Source: Planktothrix sp. GU0601_MAG3 (GTDB lineage: Bacteria > Cyanobacteriota > Cyanobacteriia > Cyanobacteriales > Microcoleaceae). Taken from it: a stretch of 64,000 nucleotides of DNA. The translations under genes and the position numbers were made by a program. The notes below the pieces were generated by a model that saw only the letters and a program-made list of their open reading frames with translations, did no database searches and was not told the DNA's origin. Numbering within the stretch: the first letter of the stretch is position 1; the number at the start of each line of letters is the position of its first letter. This document shows, piece by piece, positions 1 through 11,299 of this stretch. Location of the stretch: the NCBI GenBank assembly GCA_035193785.1, contig CP136572.1:2932578-2996577 (forward strand). Reading direction: 5' to 3'.

Positions 1-47
1 AGTTAAAATTGCTCTCAATTAGTAAAAATATTGATTTTATTTCTTTC

Positions 48-73
48 ACTGATGACTGATGACTGATGACTGA
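48..73. repeat. Heptamer short tandem repeat (ACTGATG)n, STRR-type
   Basis: actgatgactgatgactgatgactga read directly; related heptamer runs at about 1980-2000 and 2092-2126. Confidence 0.8.
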
Positions 74-98
74 TTTTGTTGTTTACTAATTACTATTT

Positions 99-1975
99 AT
101 GAAATCTGTATCACTTGTTGATCAACCGGTTATTCTTGAGAAACCTGCGATGTGGTCTCATCTGTTTCTCTGGTTGATTATGTTAATCACCACATCAGGC
201 GTTGTTTGGGCTTATTTTTCTAGGGTTGAACAAACGGTTTCCCGCCGTGGGTGAACTCGAATATAAAGAAGGTGCTAGGGAAATACAAGCCCCAACCACC
301 GGAGCCGTAGTGAGATTGCACGTTGAAAATGGCGATCGGGTTCAGAAAAACCAGCCCCTTTTAACCTTTAGTCCGACAAACCCCAGTGCGGATATTAAAT
401 CTTTAGCTAAATTGCAGGGGACTCTTAATCAAGAAAACGAATTCTATAAAAATATTATTCAGGGGAATAGTCGAGGAGCTTTACCGCCGGAATGGGAAAC
501 AATGGTTAAAGATCGAGATACCCGAATTCAAGAAAATAACGTTTTGAGTTCTTTGATTAATGAACTTTATAATAATCAAGGTCGAACAGTTAACTATGGT
601 TCCGCTCAAGCGGGTTTAGTGACTAATTACCGAGCGGAATATCAATCCCGGGTGTCGGCGGTGGAAGGGCGAATTGTTGAATTTAACAAACAACTCGAAC
701 AAATAGAAAATTCAATTCGAGCAACTCGAGAACAGGTGAACTATGCAACCAATCAAATTCGCTATTCTGAAGAACAATTGAACTCAGCCCGGGATCAACT
801 GGATAAGTCTCAAGAAGGTTTAGATCTAAACCAATCAATTTTGGATCAAATTGCTCCCTTGGTTGACGAAGGGGCGATGTCTGACCTGAATAAAAAACGT
901 CAGGAACAAGAGATTTTAAGAAGCCAAAATGAATTTTTACGACAACAGGATCAAATCACAACCCGCCAAAGTGAAATTAATGCGCGTAAAGGTGATGTGG
1001 AAAAACAACAGGCTGAAATTAAACGATTAGAAGATGAAAAACAAAAAGTTTTAGCTTCTATTGATCGGACTGAAAAAGAATTGCAAAATACGAAAGATGC
1101 TTGGGCGAAAGAACTATATTTTCGCGTTGAGGAAAACAAAAAACAGATTGCTAGTATTGACTCTCAACTAAGTCGATATAAACTGGAGAACGAAAAACGA
1201 TTAGGCGATGTTACGGCTCAACTAGAAAAAGTTGAAGAACAACGCGATACTCAAGTTTTACGTTCACCGGTGGCGGGGGTGATTTACGATTTACAACCCT
1301 CAACCAAACAGGATTCTGAAGTCGATATTAATAAGGATGACATTTGCAATTATGTGAATGAGCAAGTATTAAAATCCGGTGATCCGAAAATGAAGCGTTG
1401 TAATGAGGCTTATTATGAAGCTCAACAAACGGAAAAACTGATGCAAATTTTAGCCGATGATAAAGGACTCGCAGCCACAATTTATATTAAAAATACGGAT
1501 CTGGCTTTAGTTTTAAATGCTTTGCGGGTCAAACGTAAATTCTTACAGCCCTATGATGGAAAGACTGTGGCTGGAGAAGTGATTGAATGTAAAGCAGAAA
1601 AAGATTGTATTTGTCCAGATTCTCCAGAAGCTCGAGCAGAAATTGGCATTACTGATGCAGATTGTATTCAAGTGGAAGTCACCATTGATGCGTTTCCCCA
1701 ATGATCAATTTGGGATGGTTTCTGGACAGTTAAAATGGCTGAGTCAAGATGCGATTAAACCTGATCCTGAAAAGGGCCGTCAATATTTTTCGTTTAAAGG
1801 AAAAGTGAAATTGGATAAACAAAGCTTTGTCTTAGATGAAGATAAGAATATTAAGATTGGTTTGCAGTCGGGGATGTCCGTAAATACTAAGATTAATGTC
1901 GGTAAACGTTCGGTGTTAGATATATTCTTAAACCGCCTTACTGGTCGGATCAACAGTATTACGAACTTGAAGTAG
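99..1975 (+). CDS. HlyD-family type I secretion membrane fusion protein (two apparent +1 frameshifts, at 237-241 and 1692-1696)
   Basis: ATG at 99 gives MKSVSLVDQPVILEKPAMWSHLFLWLIM with a TM helix; VPAVGELE..EIQAPTTGAVVRLHVENGDRVQKNQPLL lipoyl half; long coiled coil; LRSPVAGVIYDL; C-terminal LQSGMSVNTKINVGKRSVLDIF. Confidence 0.85.
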
Positions 1976-2133
1976 TTTTAATCAGTTATCAGTTATCAGT
2001 AAAGAGTTGGCTTTAAGTTATCTGCCATAAGCAGTTAATTCCAAACAGTTAAGACTTAGCTTATAATCGGTGGCTTTCAATTTAAACTCTGACACTGATA
2101 ACTGATGACTGTTAACTGTTAACTGTTTAACAA

Positions 2134-3907
2134 ATGGCTCAAAAATCTTCCTCTTTTGTCGCTTTTCCTGCTGTTATTTTATGGCTAATGTATTTAATCC
2201 CTATTTTGGGAGTAACGGGATTTATTATTACTTTTGGGGTGAATGTTCCCTTTTATGATCAGTGGGTTTTACCGGATTTATTTGCAAAAACAGCCGCCGG
2301 AACATTACAATTTAAAGACTTATTTGAACTGCATAATAACCATCGAATTTTATTTCCTCGCTTAATTTTTATTGGTTTAGGATTTATTTCAAGTTGGAAT
2401 ATTAAATTAGAGCTTTTTTTGAGTTTATGTTTAGCAATAATAACCTTTATATTTTTATATAAAATTTCTGCTAATTCCTCAAAAAATCAAAACTATTTCT
2501 TTCATTTTACCAATCTATTAACAGCTTTAATATTTTTCTCCTTAGCTCAATCAGAAAACTGGCTTTGGGGGTTTCAAATTGCTATATTTTTAATCAATTT
2601 TTGTGTAATTCTAAGTTGTTTTATTTTAAATAATAATAAAATTCAGCCTAAAAAAAAGTTGTTATTTGCTGCGATTCTTTGTTTGGTTGCAAGTTTTTCA
2701 TCCGCCCAAGGTTTAATGAGTTGGTTGGCTTTAATACCCGGGGTTATAGTGATTTCAGAATCAGGTCATCAAAGAAAAAAATACCTGATTTTTTGGATCG
2801 CTTTATTTTTACTTTCCAGTTTGATTTACTCCATCGGATATACTCAAGAAACCCAAAACGATCAATCTTTCTCTCCTAGAAAAGTTATTAGCTCTGATTC
2901 AATTCTTTTTTAATGTGATTGCTGCACCCCTAACAAATTCTCAAAATTTTAGTATTTGGATAGGAATAATTATTATCTTAAATTTTATTGTCTTAGGAAG
3001 TTACTGTCTAATTAATCGAAAAAATAAAAAATATTTAATAAAATTATGCTCTCCTTGGTTTTCGATTGGAATATTTTCTATCCTCTGCTCAATTTTAATA
3101 ACATTAGGTCGTTATAGTTATGGAGCAAATTATGGGATTTATACCTCTCGATATACCACCCATTCCTTACTATTAATTATTGCGGTTATTCAACTTTGGT
3201 TTATAATTATTTCCAAGGGTAATTTTTTCCAGCAAAATTATTACCCAAAACTTATTTATAGTTTTATCGGGGGAATTTTAGTCTGTTTAATTGGGGTAAA
3301 ATCAGAAATAGCGATCGCCCAAGCCCAAACGGATGTCATCAATAAACAACGGGGGGAAACCTGCTTAGAACTAATTAACTATTTAGAAGACTCAAAATTC
3401 TTTAAAACCCATCCTGAACGCTGCTTATTAAGATTAAGTAAAACCACCTGGTGGATTCAAGATGGAGTTAAACAACTTCAGACTGTTAACCTCAGAAATT
3501 GGGCAAATAATATCACATTCAAAACCGAATCAGAACAACTTTATGGCTATATTGATTTTCCGTTATCCAGTGATCAACCCTTAAAACTAAAACCCCAAGA
3601 TTCCGTCACCTTAAAAGGATGGGCAATTTTTCCCCAGCAACAAAATCAGCCCCAACTCGTCTTTTTCTCCAGGGGAAACCAACGCTCTTTTTTTGCCCAA
3701 GCTAATATTGGTTTGAATAGTCCAGATGTTGCTCAGGTCTTTAATTCTCCCCTCTATAATTATGCGCGATGGGAAATTACAATTCCTACTGTACAATTGC
3801 ATAATGGTTTGGGAAACACAACGGTTAAAGCTTGGGTATATAATCCTGATGGGAATGAATTTATCCCGTTGAAGGGAGAAGTCAAGATGATTTTTGAGAA
3901 AGACTAA
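2134..3907 (+). CDS. Multi-pass membrane protein, putative GT-C-like glycan transferase with soluble C-terminal domain (apparent frameshift at 2848-2852)
   Basis: Many TM segments; NVPFYDQW, HNNHRILFPRL, QSENWLWGFQ and SRYTT motifs; removing one A at 2849 fuses the two ORFs (QEPKTINLSLLEKLL..FFNVIAAP); lies next to rfb genes. Confidence 0.6.
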
Positions 3908-4003
3908 CCCTTTCTTAACCTTGGATTGACTATTAATTTAGTTCTCATCCAGAAGCAACAATTTGGTACAATATTTAGTCGCTGACCACTGTTTAATCCG
4001 AAT

Positions 4004-4553
4004 ATGAATATTATTCCAACTTCCATTCCCGATGTTTTAATTATTGAAACCCAAGGTTTTTGGGGATGAGCGAGGCTTTTTCTTTGAGAGCTTTAACCAG
4101 AAAATATTTACTGAAAAAACTGGAATTACCTTAGAGTTTGTACAAGATAATCATTCCCGTTCCGCAAAAGGAGTTTTGCGCGGTTTACATTACCAAATGC
4201 AACAAACCCAGGGCAAATTATTGCGCGTTATTGCGGGCGAAATCTTTGATGTGGCGGTGGATATGAGAAAGAGTTCTCCGAATTTTGGAGAGTGGGTCGG
4301 TTGCATTCTCAGTGGAGAAAATAAACGACAATTTTGGATTCCCCCGGGATTTGCCCATGGCTTTTTAGTGATTTCAGATATTGCTGAAGTGCTGTATAAA
4401 ACCACCGATTATTATGCCCCAGAATATGAGCGTTCTTTGCTCTGGAACGATTCCGATTTAGGTATTGATTGGCCATTAGAAGGAATTACGCCGATTTTGT
4501 CAGTAAAAGATCAAGCAGGTCAAACTTTAAAAACGGCGGAGTTTTTCTCATGA
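4004..4553 (+). CDS. rfbC: dTDP-4-dehydrorhamnose 3,5-epimerase (apparent frameshift at 4046-4050)
   Basis: MNIIPTSIPDVLIIEPKVFGDERGFFFESF; VQDNHSRS..GVLRGLHYQ; WIPPGFAHGF. Confidence 0.95.
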
Positions 4554-5425
4554 AACCAATTTTACTGATCGGAAAAGATGGTCAACTCGGTCAAGAATTA
4601 CAGCCTTTCCTCGCTTCTATGGGGTCGTTAGTCTGTGTCGGACGAGATACCCTAGATTTATCCCAAACCCAAGAAATTGAAAGGTTAATTGATGAAATCA
4701 AACCAGAATGGGTGATTAATGCTGCCGCTTATACCGCAGTGGATAAGGCGGAAAGTGAACCGGAATTAGCCATAAAAATTAACGGAATTGCCCCCGGGAT
4801 TTTAGCTAAAACCTGTCAGCAATTAGACGCAACATTGATTCATATTTCTACGGATTATGTCTTCGATGGAACCCAAAGCCATCCTTATCTTGAAACCGAT
4901 CCGACTCACCCTTTAGGTGTTTATGGGGAATCAAAATTAGCCGGAGAAATGGCAATTCAAGCAACCCAAGCTAAATTTGCAATTCTCCGAACCGCTTGGG
5001 TTTATGGTGTAGGTGGAACCGGAAATTTTGTTAAAACTATGTTACGTTTAGGGAAAGAACGGGAAGAAATTCGGGTGGTGAGTGATCAAGTGGGAAGTCC
5101 GACTTGGACGGGAGATTTATCACTATCAATTGTGCAATTAATGCCCCTTTTGAATGATCAAACCTACGGAATTTATCACTGTACAAATAGTGGTGTGACC
5201 AGTTGGTATGATTTTGCGATCGCCATTTTTGAAGAAGCCCAACTATTAGGTTTTCCCCTCAAAATTCAACGAGTTATTCCTATTACCACCGCCGAATATC
5301 CAACGCCCGCCAGTCGTCCCGCCTATTCTGTTTTAAGTGGGAAAAAATTAGCAAATCTCCTGGGAAATCATACCCCCCAATGGCGACAAGGACTGCGAAA
5401 AATGTTACAACAATTACAACCGTAG
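4550..5425 (+). CDS. rfbD: dTDP-4-dehydrorhamnose reductase
   Basis: GKDGQLG, NAAAYTAVDKAESE, HISTDYVFDG, YGESK, DQVGSPT. Confidence 0.95.
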   Translation: MKPILLIGKDGQLGQELQPFLASMGSLVCVGRDTLDLSQTQEIERLIDEIKPEWVINAAAYTAVDKAESEPELAIKINGIAPGILAKTCQQLDATLIHISTDYVFDGTQSHPYLETDPTHPLGVYGESKLAGEMAIQATQAKFAILRTAWVYGVGGTGNFVKTMLRLGKEREEIRVVSDQVGSPTWTGDLSLSIVQLMPLLNDQTYGIYHCTNSGVTSWYDFAIAIFEEAQLLGFPLKIQRVIPITTAEYPTPASRPAYSVLSGKKLANLLGNHTPQWRQGLRKMLQQLQP

Positions 5426-5446
5426 AGACGTGCCACGGCGCGTCTC
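5421..5446. repeat. GTAG-tagged REP-like palindrome (GTAGAGACGTGCCACGGCGCGTCTC)
   Basis: Identical copy at 6633-6658; variants at 31219-31248 and 37206-37233. Confidence 0.8.
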
Positions 5447-5496
5447 TCTTGCCTTGTCTCTTGTCTCTATCAACTATTAACCCCTAACGATTAATT

Positions 5497-6571
5497 ATGA
5501 AAGCACTAATTCTTTCTGGTGGAAAAGGAACAAGATTACGCCCATTGACCTATACGGGTGCAAAACAATTAGTTCCCGTCGCCAATAAACCGATTTTATG
5601 GTATGGAATTGAAGGAATTGTAGCGGCTGGAATTACAGAAATTGGGATTATTATTAGTCCAGAAACCGGAGAAGAAGTTAAAAATTTAACGGGGAATGGC
5701 GATCGCTTTGGGGCAAAAATCACCTATATTTTACAAGATCAACCCGCCGGACTCGCCCATGCGGTAAAAGTAGCTCAACCATTTTTAGGAGATTCTCCCT
5801 TTATTATGTATTTGGGAGATAACTTAATTGAAAGTCAACTGAGTCATTTTTCTGAGCGGTTTAAACAGCAACAACTGGATGCTTTAATTTTACTCAGAAA
5901 CAGTTAGTAATCCTAGTGCTTTTGGGGTGGCTGTTGTTGATGATCAAGGCCGGGTATTAAAGTTAGTTGAAAAGCCCAAAGTTCCCCCCTCAAATTTAGC
6001 TTTAGTGGGGGTTTATTTTTTTGATAAAACGATCCATGAGGCGATCGCAAAAATTCAACCTTCTGCTAGGGGAGAACTAGAAATTACCGATGCTATTCAA
6101 CAACTGATTGATGATCGCAAAAATGTTGAAGCTTGTACCTTAGAAGGTTGGTGGTTAGATACGGGAAAAAAAGATGATTTACTCAGTGCCAATCAAATTA
6201 TTTTAGATTCCTGTATTACCTACGATGTAGCAGTGGAAATAGATGAAAAGAGTCAAATCTTAGGGCGGGTTAAAATTGGTAAAAACACCAAATTAGTCAA
6301 CTGTAGCGTGCGAGGGCCAGTAATTATTGGGGAAAATTGCCATTTAGAAAATTGCTTTGTTGGCCCCTATAGTAGTATCGACAATAAAGTCACTTTAATT
6401 GATGCAGAAATAGAACATAGTGTCATCTTAAGTGAAGCTAAAATTATTGGAATTAATCAACGAATTGTAGATACTGTTATTGGTCGTCGAGCCAGTTTAA
6501 GTACCGCACCTCAAAGACCTAAAGCCCTACGGTTTATGATTGGAGATGATAGTCAAGTTGAATTAGCGTGA
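5497..6571 (+). CDS. rfbA: Glucose-1-phosphate thymidylyltransferase, long form (apparent frameshift at 5897-5901)
   Basis: [58 protein letters not shown]-terminal left-handed beta-helix. Confidence 0.93.
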
Positions 6572-7449
6572 TTTACTGGATAACGGTTAATTATTACTCC
6601 ACCGAATTGATTGAAAGGTTAATTAATTCTCTCGTAGAGACGTGCCACGGCGCGTCTCCACAGGGGATCAATTATCAAATAATTATCATTAACAACTCTC
6701 CCGATGATCTCTCTATTCATCGGTTAAAATCTCCGTATACTCTAGTATTTGACGCACCCGAAAATATTGGCTTTGGTCGAGCGTGTAATATTGGGTTAAA
6801 TTGGGTTTATCAACAGGATTTTCAAGCCATTGTTTGGTTAATTAATCCTGATGCTTATTTATCTAAAAATGTGCTATCTCCAGCAATTGAATTGTTTAAA
6901 AATTGCCCAGAATTATCTATTTTAGGAACAGTTATTTATAACAACAAAGAAGAATTAGAATTTACAGGGGGACAATTTAACCCCAAAACAGGCATAATCA
7001 AAGTCTGCAATCAACTATCAGAAACCTTGCAAAATAAACCTTACCAGTTAACAGAATGGGTATCGGGATGCAGTCTATTAATTAATTTAAAAAACTTTAG
7101 AGAATGTCCTCGATTTGATCCTAACTATTTCCTCTATTATGAAGATTTTGATTTCTGTTTAAGGTATCGAAACCAAGGACATAAAATTGGGATTACTGCA
7201 CAAATTACGGTATTTCATCAAACTTCATCTATTACCCAGAAAAACCCTAAACTCAAAATTCAATATAGTATTTATAGTTACCTCCTCAGTCTTCATAAAC
7301 ATACTTCTAAAGCTGTTTTGCTCTACTGGTTATTTAGAATTAGTTTTATTGGTTTAATTACCATCTTAATTACACCTCAAAAATCTTGGTATAAACTCAA
7401 AGGAGTTGTAAACTTTATTGTTGATTATATCAAAAATAAGCTATTATAG
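6568..7449 (+). CDS. Glycosyltransferase family 2 (rhamnosyltransferase-like)
   Basis: ITVNYYS, ENIGFGRACNIG, LINPD, WVSGCSLLI, FLYYEDFDFCLR. Confidence 0.88.
   Translation: MIYWITVNYYSTELIERLINSLVETCHGASPQGINYQIIIINNSPDDLSIHRLKSPYTLVFDAPENIGFGRACNIGLNWVYQQDFQAIVWLINPDAYLSKNVLSPAIELFKNCPELSILGTVIYNNKEELEFTGGQFNPKTGIIKVCNQLSETLQNKPYQLTEWVSGCSLLINLKNFRECPRFDPNYFLYYEDFDFCLRYRNQGHKIGITAQITVFHQTSSITQKNPKLKIQYSIYSYLLSLHKHTSKAVLLYWLFRISFIGLITILITPQKSWYKLKGVVNFIVDYIKNKLL
6633..6658. repeat. REP-like palindrome inserted in frame within the GT2 gene
   Basis: 26 nt identical to 5421-5446; translated as VETCHGAS. Confidence 0.8.
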
Positions 7450-7480
7450 ATTTAGTAATATTTTCAATTATAGATTTTTT

Positions 7481-8556
7481 ATGAGTAATTCACTCTTGAT
7501 TAATTTATCATTTTTAATTCCTGAACCTACAGGAATATCTATTTATGCTAGTCATATTTTACCCGCTTTAAAACCTCTGCAACCCACCTTATTAACCTCT
7601 CAAGAAAACCTCGATTATTCCTGTTATTCTGTTCCCAATAATATGACTCCAGACCAGGGAACAAAAGGACATCTCAGGCGGTTACTTTGGACACAATTTA
7701 AACTCCCTAAAATTTATCAGCAATTAAAGGGAAATTTGATATTTTCTCCGGTTCCAGAAACCCCTTTATATTCAGGATGTCGGTCAATTGTAATGGCCCA
7801 TGATTTAATTCCGTTAAGGTTTCCCAGGCGGGGTTTCTCGGTTAACAGCTTATTTTAAATATTATATTCCCTTGGTATTATCCCAAGCGGAACATATTGT
7901 CTGTAATTCTATCGCCACGGCTGAAGATTTAATCCAATTTTTTAACATTCCCGAACAGAAAATAACACCTATTCCCCTCGCCCACAACCCGCAACGATTT
8001 CAATTTTTAGACTTACCCACCAGCAATTATTTTCTCTATATTGGTCGTCATGATGCTCATAAAAATGTCTCTCGATTAATTAGTGCTTTTGCTGGGTTAA
8101 AAAAACCATCAGACTATGAATTATGGTTAGCTGGCCCAACGGATGAAACCTATACCCCGGAACTTAAAAGGCAAGTTCAAGAGTTAGAATTAACTCAACA
8201 AATCAAGTTTTTAAATTATGTTCCAACCGATGAATTAACTACAATAATTAATCAAGCCATTGCTGTTGTTTTTCCCAGTCTTTGGGAAGGCTTTGGTTTC
8301 CCGGTTTTAGAAGCAATGGCTTGCGGAAACCCCCGTTATTACCTCTAACCTATCTTCCTTACCCGAAGTAGGAGGAAAGGCGGCAATATATGTTAATCCT
8401 TATCAAGTAGAAGAAATAACCGAAGCCATGGAAACCCTAGCTAATAATACAGAAATGCGATCGCATTTAAGACAATTAGGATTAGTACAAGTTAAACAAT
8501 TTAGTTGGGAAAAAACCGGAAAAGAAACAGCAAAAATCATCCAAAATCACCTATAA
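7481..8556 (+). CDS. Glycosyltransferase family 4 (apparent frameshifts at 7833-7837 and 8326-8330)
   Basis: HDLIPLRFP; YFLYIGRHDAHKN; FPSLWEGFGFPVLEAMACGTPVITSNLSSLPEV after repair. Confidence 0.9.
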
Positions 8557-8563
8557 ATCATCC

Positions 8564-8637
8564 CGTTGTTGCGCTTCAGCGCATCTTATTCGTTGTAGTA
8601 TAGCATCAGAAAAGAATGCGCTTGAAGCGCAACAACG
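8564..8637. repeat. Inverted pair of short palindromes (REPIN-like) between convergent genes
   Basis: cgttgttgcgcttcagcgc ... gcgcttgaagcgcaacaacg. Confidence 0.55.
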
Positions 8638-8719
8638 TTGGAACAACGGGATTTCCGCCTACTATTAACCGAAGGCAGAGCCTTGGTTTTCAGTTCCCAG
8701 GTAGAACCAGGGAAAAAGA

Positions 8720-9451
8720 TTATAAACTGTTGCTAGAAACAGGAATAGTAGGAATACCAGGGATATCAGGAATACTAGGGATATCAGGAATTACATTTGT
8801 AGTTGTTTCCCCAAAACTAGCCGCCGTCAAATTACCAACAGAAATATTATTAATTTGGGCTAATTGTTCTCCTGTACTTTGAACAATAATTAGAGTATTA
8901 GATGAGGAAGATTGCAACAGAATATCATTAAATGTCACACCATCAGGCAGTTTAATAATATCAATGCTATTTTCAAAATCAGTAATCACATCTAAACCGC
9001 CATCTGTAACTAAAACAAAGGTATCTTTTCCTGTTCCTCCGGTTAATGTATCGTTATCTTTGTCTCCTGAAAGAATATCATCCCCGGCATCTCCAAATAA
9101 TTGATCACTATTTCTTCCCCCATACAAACTATCGTTACCCTCTCCTCCTCTAACAATATCTTGATCTAAATCTCCTGCTAAGAAATCATTCCCGCTTCCT
9201 CCATCGAGAATATCGTCTTGTTTGCCACCTCTAAGGGTATCAATTCCTCCATTTCCAATTAAGGAATCTAAACCCGTATTTCCATTAACAAATTCACTAT
9301 TTTCTGAACCGATAACGGTATCATTACCATCGAGGGCTAATACACCACCTGGATAATTGTTGAGTTGTCCAGAAGATAGATTAATTGATTCTGCGGTATT
9401 ATCTCCGATTAAAAAAGATATACCGTTTTGAGTGCTAGGTTGTAGTGCCAT
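8720..9451 (-). CDS. RTX/hemolysin-type calcium-binding protein
   Basis: Multiple GGxGxDxLx nonapeptides (GNGGIDTLR, GGSGNDFLA, GGEGNDSLY, GGTGKDTFV); DVITDFENSIDIIKL. Confidence 0.85.
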   Translation of the reverse strand: MALQPSTQNGISFLIGDNTAESINLSSGQLNNYPGGVLALDGNDTVIGSENSEFVNGNTGLDSLIGNGGIDTLRGGKQDDILDGGSGNDFLAGDLDQDIVRGGEGNDSLYGGRNSDQLFGDAGDDILSGDKDNDTLTGGTGKDTFVLVTDGGLDVITDFENSIDIIKLPDGVTFNDILLQSSSSNTLIIVQSTGEQLAQINNISVGNLTAASFGETTTNVIPDIPSIPDIPGIPTIPVSSNSL

Positions 9452-9503
9452 AGTGTTTAATGCTTCAATCTAAATGTAGGTTTTTGTTAATTTCGATATT
9501 CTT

Positions 9504-10977
9504 TTATGCAGGCGTTCCAAAATTTTGTGTCCAATAGTGATTCCAATTCACATTGCCTGTATCATCAGCTAAATAGTAATAGCCAACACCAATTTCTGTT
9601 AAATTCGGATCAAGAATATTATCACGATGTAGTGGACTATTCATCCAACCTTCCACTGCGGCTTCTGGCGTAGCAGGACTAGCATAAATATTTTCTGCTG
9701 CCCAGGAGTAATTATATCCTGTAGCTTTAATTCGATCCCAAGGAGTAGTTTCCATCCACTCCATTATGTGTATAAAAGTCTTGCAGTGCCATATTTTGAC
9801 TATGAGTTTCTGCTGCTGCTTCTAATTGATAATTATAGGTTAGAGGCAATAACCCAGCGTTAAGACGTTCTTGATTGGTCAGTTCAAAGACACGCTGTTC
9901 AAATGAGTTTATCCCATTAGTGTTGCCTCCACCATTATTATTTGTTCCACCATTATTGTTGGTAGTCCAAGAAATATTAAAACTGGCAGTATCTTGTTTT
10001 TCTGCATATCCAGCATAGACCCAATATTCACCACTAATTGTTGGAGTAAAGGTGTATTGTTTACCATTGTTAGCATCATTTAACCAGTCCCAATCTTGAC
10101 CACTGATGTTAACCCATTGACTAGATTGACTAGCGTTAACTGGGATAACACCTACTCGATAAAAATCATCTGCTGTGACTGAGAAATTGTAGGTATTACC
10201 TGCCTCAAAATTTGTTATAGTGTATAAATTAACTCCAAAGTAATCCGAACCTACATTACTGGGTGATCCATTACCCCAATTTCGAGAAATACTATTTCTT
10301 GTAGTAACAGAACTTTGATCATTTCGAGTAAATTGATACCATCCTTTACTTTCTTTTTCTCCTGTTGTTGTCCAATCAAAAATTTCACCCCCCCAGTTTT
10401 GAGAATAATAATCATAAGATTCATCATTAAACTCAACTGAAAGGATGTTTCCATTTATAGTGATAGTGGCGTGATCATTCTGAGTCTTTAACGCTTGAAT
10501 TTGTTCAGGACTTAATACTTTACCTTGAACAATATTGGCAAAAATTTCGCCTTCATCCCCAATAGAATCACTAGAATTAAGTCGAGGATCAATAGAATGT
10601 CCAATTTCTTCCAAGACTACGCTCACAGCCTGATTAACGTTGCTACCCGTCAAAACATCTTCAGCCAGGTAAATTTGATTTGTGGCATCGGCAAACGCGC
10701 CAGAAGACCCCTTAATATCGGCTGAAGCGACAATTTTAATCGGGGCAAGGGTGCTAAAATTTCCTGTAAGCCATTCTGTGGCTAAGGTTTGTGCCTTCTG
10801 GATATCCCAAGTATCGCCAAAAGGTAGCTTCAGTTGCTCAACGAAAGTGGGATCACTAGCAAACAGTTGCAGTTGCTGATAAACTTTGGGCATCACCTGT
10901 TCTGCTAGGAAAGTGTTAGTCTCCGCTAAAGAGGTGATAGCGTTGGCTGATTGCGGGTTAGGATTAAATTCAAACAT
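9504..10977 (-). CDS. Secreted multidomain protein: zincin-like N-domain, PA14-like domain, C-terminal CAP (SCP) domain (apparent frameshift at 9748-9752)
   Basis: VVLEEIGHSID; NWGNGSP..DYFGV..GNTYNFSVTADD; RVFELTNQER..AAETHSQNMA..AAENIY..GWMNSPLHRDNIL..YWTQNFG. Confidence 0.75.
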
Positions 10978-11299
10978 AGTAGATTCTCTGGTTTAAGTAA
11001 AAACTAATCAAACTTTCAGTCTTGAAATGTTCTATCTATGCTATTGATGGCTAGTAGCGACTTTTACGCCAAACCTCAGTATGGGTTACAAAAATTTGGG
11101 TTTCTGATTGGATCAACTCATATTTTTTCAGGCTAAAGACTGCCTATTCATAGGGAATTGGCTTTTATTTTTAGGGTTTTTTCGACAATCTATGTTTTAG
11201 CGGTTTAGTCTTAGAATATATCAGTCTAAACTATTACACAACTAATCAAAGTTAGTATTTTAGGCTATACTTACGTTAGTCAAATCAGCTAAATCTACT

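Noticed and set aside
8616..8882. 88-aa plus-strand ORF
   Set aside because: Antisense to the RTX gene and starts within a palindromic repeat
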